A DNA stretch of 64,000 nucleotides from a virus, in IMG/VR virus record IMGVR_UViG_3300023179_000062, positions 21,487 to 85,486 of that record; one strand, written 5' to 3'. Of this stretch, positions 57,308-64,000 are shown one piece after another (position 1 is the stretch's first letter; each line of letters opens with the position of its first letter). The position numbers were made by a program, and so were the translations under genes. The notes beneath the pieces were generated by a model that was not told the DNA's origin, made no database searches, and saw nothing but the letters and a program-made list of their open reading frames with translations.

Positions 57308-58794
57308 TGGGACAATATAATGATCAATACCGAGGGATTATTATCAATCATAATGACCCAAACAATGCAGGACGAGTAAAAGTGTTCGTTCCAGAAGTCA
57401 ATGCCACTCTTCTCACAAATTGGAATAAAGACCTTAAAAACGATAAAGCTATCACCCATATGGGCGATAACACAGGAACATCATTAACTCGTGAAATCCA
57501 AGATAGATTACGTAAAATGTTGCCGTGGGCAGAAGTCTCCTATCCTATTTTTGGTATGTCAACTCCTGCATTTTTCGATGCAGCCGCTAATATATCATTT
57601 ATAGGTAATGATGGAGGTTTGACCAGTCAAGACAGCAACAAAACCGCAGAAGCATTTGAGCAAGATAAATCAGAAGAATCACAAAGAAAGGATGCTCCTC
57701 CCACTACTGATTCATATGCGAAGTCTCCTCGCCAAACAATCTATCAAGTAGATGTTAACACAGGTAAAACCATGTGTTTACCTGTTAACTGTGGCAATGG
57801 AAATCCTAATCAGACATCCTTTCCTTCTATATATTTAGGTTATAAAAAGAATTCATGTATATATAATTTGATACAGAATCAACCTAAGACATATACTATA
57901 GGTGAAACTATTATACCTCCATCAGATGCTAATCCTATTAATGATTTCAACACTGATAAAAATATTTCTATATCACGAATTACATTAGATGTGCAAAACC
58001 CTGACATCACTATCAATGATAAAAAGGTTGATGTGAATGCTACTATTTTCGGAGTAAAGTGTTTCGTTCCTATTGATAACTCAAACTTAAGATATAATCC
58101 ACCTATTCTATTCGAGACATCTACCTCATCAAACTTTCCAGAAAATTATAATGATATTCCGATACGTATGACAATAAACGGAAGCAATAAAATTACACAA
58201 GATTTCTACTATTCATCTATGAATGGAAACAGTTATATCTATAAAGCGGGTAATATGGCCGTAGGTATCAGTGCAGATAATATCAATAAAATAACCTTGG
58301 CAACTAATGGCTCTCCCACAAACATATCAAAGTTACAGAAAATCTTACCATTGATTATTGCTAATTTAGGATTGTTGCAAACTTTAGGTAATATCATTAT
58401 GCCTAGAGGTACTACCAATAAAACAATGATTTCTAGAGGTGGCGGCGGTAGCGAGTTATATAACCATGTCAATTCATCATTATTACCTGAACAAGTTAGA
58501 AGAAATTCATTAATTGGTGCTCATAATAATGCATCTAGATATACCCAAAATCAAGGCACTAGAAATATGTCAGATTATAAGAGTAATACAGAAGCAAATA
58601 TTCAAGGTAGGCCAGATATGAATGGACCTTATCGTTCTTCTGATCAAAATAATAACTATAAAGGTATTGTATCTATGCCTGCACCGGGCGCACATGTATG
58701 GGTGCGTTTCGAACAAGGTGATCCTAATCGTCCTATAATTATTGGAACATTTACATCTAAAAATGATATGATGAATATATACGGAATGATATGA
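57307..58794 (+). CDS. gp5: gp5/VgrG N-terminal OB-fold protein with large insertion
   Basis: YRG.I....DP...GRVKV..P...LPWA and, about 370 aa later, P..GAHVWVRFEQGDPNRPIIIG. Confidence 0.75.
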   Translation: MGQYNDQYRGIIINHNDPNNAGRVKVFVPEVNATLLTNWNKDLKNDKAITHMGDNTGTSLTREIQDRLRKMLPWAEVSYPIFGMSTPAFFDAAANISFIGNDGGLTSQDSNKTAEAFEQDKSEESQRKDAPPTTDSYAKSPRQTIYQVDVNTGKTMCLPVNCGNGNPNQTSFPSIYLGYKKNSCIYNLIQNQPKTYTIGETIIPPSDANPINDFNTDKNISISRITLDVQNPDITINDKKVDVNATIFGVKCFVPIDNSNLRYNPPILFETSTSSNFPENYNDIPIRMTINGSNKITQDFYYSSMNGNSYIYKAGNMAVGISADNINKITLATNGSPTNISKLQKILPLIIANLGLLQTLGNIIMPRGTTNKTMISRGGGGSELYNHVNSSLLPEQVRRNSLIGAHNNASRYTQNQGTRNMSDYKSNTEANIQGRPDMNGPYRSSDQNNNYKGIVSMPAPGAHVWVRFEQGDPNRPIIIGTFTSKNDMMNIYGMI

Positions 58795-58808
58795 AGAATA
58801 TATACGGA
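58763..58808 (+). repeat. 23-bp tandem repeat (22/23 identical)
   Basis: atgatatga(t/a)gaatatatacgga twice, spanning the stop codon of the gp5-N ORF. Confidence 0.9.
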
Positions 58809-58828
58809 GTCGAAACTAAATAAAATCA

Positions 58829-60793
58829 ATGTCGCATTACCCTAACAAATATTCCAATGATCCTGCTAATGCAGGCGATAAGTTAAGAGATTTATCTTTG
58901 ATAAATCAACCTGCGGGGCATCTAGAATTTATCAATACAAAGGATGAAGAAGTTTTTACCGTGGGTTACAAAACAGGATCATTTGATCGTTATTTCAAAG
59001 ACGGTAAAGAAAGTTTAGTGGTACGAAATAAACGACAACATATTACCGGGGATGAGTTTGCCCATGTGGGAGGTAATCAAGTTAATACAATGGATCAAAA
59101 TGTTGAAACTATTGTATTAGGGGATGTTTTATATAAAGTTGGTGATATTGTTAAATGGCAAAAGTATGTAGAAGAATATAAAAAAGCTATTAAGGATTAT
59201 CATGATGTTGTTCGTAAATTCGATACACAAAGAACTAATTATGAATATTCTATGGATCAATCTCCAACGCAATCAAAGTCTGGTACCAATGCTTCTTGTC
59301 CTATCCATGGAATGCAATCTAAGGTGCTTGTAACCGACTCTGCAATGACATTAGGGTCAGGTTCCTTGAAGTCCGCTACATGCCGTCAAATCCAGAAGAT
59401 TAACCAAACAAAGGATAGCTACAACAAGAGTGTTAATGCGGGTGGAAATGATTGTTTCGTTTGTGGAGGTTCTTTATTCAGTCCGTCTTCTCAAGATGGT
59501 AACTTTGATCCTGATCCTGAGAAGGCTAAGATCGTAGAAAAACGTGTTGAATTACAGAAAAAATTATATGAAATAGAAAGACATTTAGGACAGAATAAGA
59601 ATCCTGCGGGTGGTTCACAGATATTAACTATTGCTAAGGATTTAATAGTGTCTGTGGGATTAGTTATGAATGATTTGGAATCATACCGTCGTGATCCAGT
59701 TGGTAAGTTAGTTCCATGTGGTGTCAAAATTGATCCTAAAGGAACTAATCTTTATATACAATATAAAGAAAGTCCTTTGGTGGAAGCTGTTGACGTTGAG
59801 TATCTTCCCGGTGGAATATATGATGTTCAAGCAAATAACAGATTCAATCTTGTTGCTGGTTCTGGTGGAATATCTCTTAAGACAACAGGGCAAATGCAGT
59901 TGGGGGGAACATTGTTCACTGCTGCCATGGAAAATATGTTATTCAGTTCCCATAGCGAAATAGCATTGGCTGCGAAGCGTATTGACTTAAGTGCTGATAT
60001 TATATCTTTCAGACCAAATGAAATAACAGGTAAAAAGGGTATCGAGCAACAGTTACTAATTGATAGTAATTTAAATGTAGGAATAAATGCTGTAGTGAAA
60101 GGTGGATTACATGTCGAAGGTGAAGTTTCATTACATCATATAACTGCACCGTTGGAATGGCACACTACAGAAGCAGATTTCGAATTAGCCATTCAGAAAG
60201 AACCTACACCTATAGGTATTCCTCCTCCTCAAGGTGAATGTAAACCTGATGGATATTGTTGTCCCGGACCCTATAGTGGAATGAATGGCAAAAAAATGTC
60301 TCCTGATACTAGTGGAAATACTAGAGGTACTACATATGGTGATTTATTAGCAGGTGCATATATAGGCAGAGCAATTGGTAAAGATTCAAATGGAGATGAT
60401 CATTGTTTAGAAGTTTATAGTGTGGCATCAGATAATGTAATTTGTATGCATCCTCATTATCATAATTTCCCAACACTTCCTTTGACCTTAAAAGGTGAAG
60501 GTAGCATGCACGATGAAGTTCGTAAGGTTGGTGCAAATAACAACACTAATATTCCTGCTATTGCAAATTATGTATATGATAAATTGGCTCCCCTTTCTAC
60601 CTCTGAAGGTAAGAAAAATGCTACTCCTGAAAAGGGACAAAAAGACACACTTCCTAAAGGTGAAGGTGTTCGTACATCCAATTATACTCGTAAGCAAATT
60701 GAACAGAAAATGAAAGAATTGGAAAAACAAATGGAAGAGCAATATGGACAATTGAAACAAGACTTGGCTAATCTTTCCCAATTTAATGCTTAA
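58829..60793 (+). CDS. central spike C-terminal part (gp5C beta-helix-like)
   Basis: GH.EF....E.......GSF...VGG.......V.GD....VG repeats; V.GG.HV.G; HPHYH near the C-terminus. Confidence 0.6.
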   Translation: MSHYPNKYSNDPANAGDKLRDLSLINQPAGHLEFINTKDEEVFTVGYKTGSFDRYFKDGKESLVVRNKRQHITGDEFAHVGGNQVNTMDQNVETIVLGDVLYKVGDIVKWQKYVEEYKKAIKDYHDVVRKFDTQRTNYEYSMDQSPTQSKSGTNASCPIHGMQSKVLVTDSAMTLGSGSLKSATCRQIQKINQTKDSYNKSVNAGGNDCFVCGGSLFSPSSQDGNFDPDPEKAKIVEKRVELQKKLYEIERHLGQNKNPAGGSQILTIAKDLIVSVGLVMNDLESYRRDPVGKLVPCGVKIDPKGTNLYIQYKESPLVEAVDVEYLPGGIYDVQANNRFNLVAGSGGISLKTTGQMQLGGTLFTAAMENMLFSSHSEIALAAKRIDLSADIISFRPNEITGKKGIEQQLLIDSNLNVGINAVVKGGLHVEGEVSLHHITAPLEWHTTEADFELAIQKEPTPIGIPPPQGECKPDGYCCPGPYSGMNGKKMSPDTSGNTRGTTYGDLLAGAYIGRAIGKDSNGDDHCLEVYSVASDNVICMHPHYHNFPTLPLTLKGEGSMHDEVRKVGANNNTNIPAIANYVYDKLAPLSTSEGKKNATPEKGQKDTLPKGEGVRTSNYTRKQIEQKMKELEKQMEEQYGQLKQDLANLSQFNA

Positions 60794-60877
60794 GTAGATA
60801 CTGATAATTCTAAGGAAAATCCTATCCTCATTGGAAATACTCCCGGTAATTGTATCTAAAATAGAGTATATTATCCA

Positions 60878-61471
60878 ATGGATGATAAAGAATTAAAGAA
60901 AAAGTATAAAGCTGATTATTATCGGAGAAATAAAGATAGAATTAGAGAACAACAGAGAATTTATCGCGAACAAAATCATGATAGTATCACTATTCAGAAA
61001 AAGAAAGACTATCTACAAAATAAAGAAATATATAAACATCGTACACGCCAATACCAATTGTCTAATAAAGATAAATGCCAAGATTATAATAAAATGTATT
61101 GGCAAAAAGAAAAGGATAAAATGATTGATATAGTGTATAAAGAAACAATTTTAATAAAAAATAGAGAAAAATTGAAAAGATATAGACAAAAACATGGGGA
61201 TAAAATTAAACAATATAAACTTTTGAATAGCGCAAAAAGTAATTTATATAAATCGAAACGACGTTGTAAACAAAACCAACATTCATTACCAATTAATAAT
61301 AAAATTATTACTACTATATATGAAACATCTAGGAGAATATCAAATTGTTTACAAATATCTTTTCATGTTGATCATATAATTCCAATATCAAAAGGAGGCA
61401 TTCATCATGAAAATAATCTTCAAATTTTACCAGCTATTATAAATCTCAGGAAAAGTGCTAAAATAATATAA
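60878..61471 (+). mobile_element. free-standing HNH homing endonuclease
   Basis: FHVDHIIPISKGG.H..NNLQIL...NL.KS preceded by K/R/Y-rich Y...NK(D/E) repeats. Confidence 0.85.
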
Positions 61472-61483
61472 ATAATTTATATT

Positions 61484-61975
61484 ATGACAGATAGATTTAA
61501 TAAATGGTTTGAGTGGTTGTTACTTTGGGAAGGTACTACTTTTGAGAATGACCCTGACGACCCCGGTGGCCGTACGAAATTCGGAATAGATCAACGTTCT
61601 CATCCTAAAGTTGACATTAAAAATTTAACTAAAGAGGGCGCTGCACAAATTTATTGGAATGAGTATTGGAACGCGGTTCATGCAGAAGAACTTCCTAAAG
61701 GAGTGGGGGAGGTGGTAGCAAACATCGCAGTCAATACAGGTAAAGGTAATGCGTCGCATTGGTTACAAAATGCCATTAAAGTTAATTCTGATGGAATTAT
61801 AGGCGAAAACACTATTAAAATATCTAATCAAGTATCTCCAAAAGATACTTGTGATAGATTACTAACTCATCTTGAAGAATTTTATAAATCAATTGCTACT
61901 GGCAAGAAAATAAAATATCTCAAGGGGTGGTTAAACCGCACAAAATCTCTACGAGATTTTATTACAACATTGTAA
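61484..61975 (+). CDS. glycoside hydrolase family 108 lysozyme (endolysin)
   Basis: EG....DPDDPGG.TKFGI...LT...A..IY...YW...VN.G...LQ...DG.IG..T...GWLNR. Confidence 0.92.
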   Translation: MTDRFNKWFEWLLLWEGTTFENDPDDPGGRTKFGIDQRSHPKVDIKNLTKEGAAQIYWNEYWNAVHAEELPKGVGEVVANIAVNTGKGNASHWLQNAIKVNSDGIIGENTIKISNQVSPKDTCDRLLTHLEEFYKSIATGKKIKYLKGWLNRTKSLRDFITTL

Positions 61976-61977
61976 CC

Positions 61978-62006
61978 AAAAAGGGCGCTTATTAAGCGCC
62001 CTTTTT
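61978..62006. terminator. bidirectional intrinsic terminator
   Basis: aaaaagggcgctta-t-taagcgcccttttt between convergent genes. Confidence 0.88.
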
Positions 62007-62007
62007 A

Positions 62008-62358
62008 TTATAAATCATCTGGATCAATAATATGAATAGGTGGTTCATCATCAAAATATTGATTAAAGAAATCAAAAGCCAGATGATTTAATCCACGGGT
62101 TTCAATGGGTGTCCCATGATTTTCTACAATCATGGTTTCTAGTCCATCTACTGAAAAGCCTACTAACATATAACAATCCATGAATTCGTGTAATAAATGT
62201 TTTAATTTCTTAACAAATTCTTCTTTTTTTTCTGGTGATAAATTTTTATATTTTTTAGGCATCCTAGCAGGAGGGAGATTATCAATGACTTTCTCTACTT
62301 CCTCATAAGTATTAAGTTCCTCATTTATCTGTTTTTTTGACGGTTTTTTCTTTGCCAT
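62008..62358 (-). CDS. hypothetical protein
   Basis: 116 aa ORF. Confidence 0.6.
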   Translation of the reverse strand: MAKKKPSKKQINEELNTYEEVEKVIDNLPPARMPKKYKNLSPEKKEEFVKKLKHLLHEFMDCYMLVGFSVDGLETMIVENHGTPIETRGLNHLAFDFFNQYFDDEPPIHIIDPDDL

Positions 62359-62360
62359 AA

Positions 62361-62684
62361 TTAAACAGTTTCTGTTTTCGGTTTACCGTAATTCCAATGT
62401 TTATTAATAATTCCTCTTTCATTGAAATATTCGATCAAGACTTCAACAGAATCAGTATCTAATCGAAGATTAGGATTAAAGAATCTTGCTCCATCGTATA
62501 ATTGAATAGAAGAATCTTTAAAACACGTTAAAATAATAGATGCTACTCCGTTATCTACCATGATAGACCATTTTCTCTTATCGCTTTCATGATAAGATAC
62601 TGAATCTAGACGATCTACTATATAACCACTATCCCGTAAACGTTTAATGGTATATGACTGTGTTGTTATGCGATTATTACTCAT
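62361..62684 (-). CDS. hypothetical protein (start probably ATG 62684), paralogue of the next ORF
   Basis: MSNNRITTQSY start overlaps the stop of the upstream ORF; shared motif LD...YH.SD.R.W. Confidence 0.6.
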   Translation of the reverse strand: MSNNRITTQSYTIKRLRDSGYIVDRLDSVSYHESDKRKWSIMVDNGVASIILTCFKDSSIQLYDGARFFNPNLRLDTDSVEVLIEYFNERGIINKHWNYGKPKTETV

Positions 62685-62985
62685 TGATTTCAAATAGTGT
62701 TGTTGTGATTCCTTTGCCGAGAAGATTTTCAATAATAGGATATACATCTTCTTGATATACATCCAACATAGTTTTTGTGGAAGTTAGAATATCAAAATAA
62801 CGTGATCCCGGTCCGTATTTATTAATACCATATGTAATAATAATGTTTTCCTTTTCAGGATTAATTAATGCCGTCCAGCATCTATGATCTGATGGGTGAT
62901 AGATAATGTCTAATTTCTGGACATTGCATTCATAATGTTTAATTTTACCTAAGAAGGTAGGATAGTCTAAGTATGTGTCTCTCAT
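62677..62985 (-). CDS. hypothetical protein, paralogue of the previous ORF
   Basis: V.KLDI.YHPSDHRCWTAL...IIIT. Confidence 0.6.
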   Translation of the reverse strand: MRDTYLDYPTFLGKIKHYECNVQKLDIIYHPSDHRCWTALINPEKENIIITYGINKYGPGSRYFDILTSTKTMLDVYQEDVYPIIENLLGKGITTTLFEINE

Positions 62986-62989
62986 AAAA

Positions 62990-63295
62990 TTATAATGAAG
63001 GTGTGATAAGTGAAAATTGTGTCATTGGTATATTCCAAGATTGTGTTTTTTTATAAAATTCTGCCAATGAAATTATTTCAATATCGCGTTTTTCTTGATT
63101 AGTAGAAAAGATTGTTCCTACATGTGTAACCCAAAACATTCTCGCATCTTTTTCAATTAAAAGACGCGGAGGGACGGGTTCGCTAAAGCACTGACAGTTT
63201 GGGTCTACAGGTGGAATATCCCACTGAATTCTATATAATCTTTCATTATGGACCACATATTCTTGTGGGGGTAAAGATGCATGTTTTATTTCCAT
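62990..63295 (-). CDS. hypothetical protein
   Basis: 101 aa ORF directly after the clamp gene. Confidence 0.5.
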   Translation of the reverse strand: MEIKHASLPPQEYVVHNERLYRIQWDIPPVDPNCQCFSEPVPPRLLIEKDARMFWVTHVGTIFSTNQEKRDIEIISLAEFYKKTQSWNIPMTQFSLITPSL

Positions 63296-63296
63296 A

Positions 63297-63998
63297 TTAT
63301 TTCTTTAAAGAGGTTGTTAGATACTGTAGAGTGCTATTTTCATTCTGAATATTAACCATCATAGCATTTTTACCTACTTTGAATACCAAATCATTTTTTG
63401 ATTTTTCAATGAGTTTTAATATATTAACATTGAATATGTTTGATGGAATCGTTCCACTGAACTTATCAGATACTAAAATTCTAATATCATCTTGAACATT
63501 AGCAGTGTCTTCTGCTTTATCTCCGAAGAGGAAATATAATTTATCTCCTTCTGCTTCAATATAGAATTTATCAGTTGAAGTAGAAAAATCTAACACCCGT
63601 TTGATATCTTTAACTATATCAGAATCTATATAAATTTCAGAAGAGAATGGAAAATTTTTAATATTTTCGGGATTAATCTTTGGCACCATCATAAGATTAT
63701 CACTCAACAATCTTATATTAAACTTTATCAAATCATCTTGATATGAAAGTGAATTATTCGCTATTGTAAAATTTGAAAAACTTTCAGTTTGTTTTACACA
63801 GTTCAAAGCCTTAATCACACGGGTTAGATTAATATTAAACCTTTTTAGGGGATCATCTATTGCCACAGGAGTATATGTGTTATATAACACTACTCTATTA
63901 TCTGCCGTTTGAGATATACTGTATAATTCTGTATCTGTGCCGAAAATTGCAGCCTTTCCTTCTTTATTAATCTCCAAAATTGGAGCAAGGAATTCCTT
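63297..63998 (-). CDS. gp45: DNA polymerase sliding clamp, 5'-truncated by window edge
   Basis: Beta/alpha clamp pattern (FNI..L..I..L; I.....DI..V...S; F....LK......YL) ending in Y.T; frame open to the window end. Confidence 0.6.
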   Translation of the reverse strand, partial: KEFLAPILEINKEGKAAIFGTDTELYSISQTADNRVVLYNTYTPVAIDDPLKRFNINLTRVIKALNCVKQTESFSNFTIANNSLSYQDDLIKFNIRLLSDNLMMVPKINPENIKNFPFSSEIYIDSDIVKDIKRVLDFSTSTDKFYIEAEGDKLYFLFGDKAEDTANVQDDIRILVSDKFSGTIPSNIFNVNILKLIEKSKNDLVFKVGKNAMMVNIQNENSTLQYLTTSLKK

Positions 63999-64000
63999 CT

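Noticed and set aside
1580-60781. Numerous 60-175 aa ORFs antisense or out of frame inside long genes (e.g. 11376-11672, 29841-30365, 44330-44728, 57010-57459)
   Set aside because: Shadow ORFs of real genes, with no promoter box or recognisable motifs
60791-60859. In-frame 21-codon continuation after the gp5C stop (possible readthrough)
   Set aside because: TAA stop with no readthrough context; a short open stretch is expected by chance
61484-61540. Endolysin N-terminus MTDRFNKWFEWLLLWE as a capsid-targeting leader
   Set aside because: GH108 enzymes natively begin F...L..EG, with this E catalytic, so the resemblance is probably coincidental
1-64000. Stop-codon reassignment
   Set aside because: Core genes are full length and coding density is high under the standard code; TAA, TAG and TGA all end genes
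1-64000. tRNA, rRNA or CRISPR arrays
   Set aside because: Intergenic gaps are nearly all under 60 nt; I saw no cloverleaf or repeat-spacer pattern

Overview
64 kb, AT-rich fragment of a large T4-like (Tevenvirinae-type gene set) myovirus genome, host unknown. It covers most of the morphogenesis genes: baseplate gp6, gp26-like x2, gp48, gp53, gp54-like, gp27-like and split gp5; portal gp20; neck gp13/gp14; gp15; gp3; protease gp21; scaffold gp22; capsid gp23; terminases gp16/gp17; sheath gp18; fibre proteins. It also has replication genes (primase gp61, clamp-loader gp62, partial clamp gp45), GroES, a GH108 endolysin, two homing endonucleases and early accessory genes (RNA ligase, phosphatases, NDT-like, glycosyltransferase). 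Main observations: (1) About 43 late genes each have a TAAATA (gp55-type late) box only 5-10 nt before the start codon. Early genes have sigma70 -35/-10 promoters ending 5-9 nt before ATG, and I saw no consistent Shine-Dalgarno motif. This points to a mostly monocistronic, leaderless expression system that would explain the scrambled gene order on both strands. (2) About 13 unrelated late proteins share N-terminal leaders resembling the T4 capsid-targeting/gp21-cleavage signal, a candidate packaged cargo set. (3) A late TM-PAS protein may be a sensor holin. (4) Core structural proteins carry large insertions, several of them Cys-rich. (5) Two baseplate genes end in tandem duplications that store an alternative C-terminus in the -1 frame. 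All product calls come from motif recognition by eye; no database search was run.
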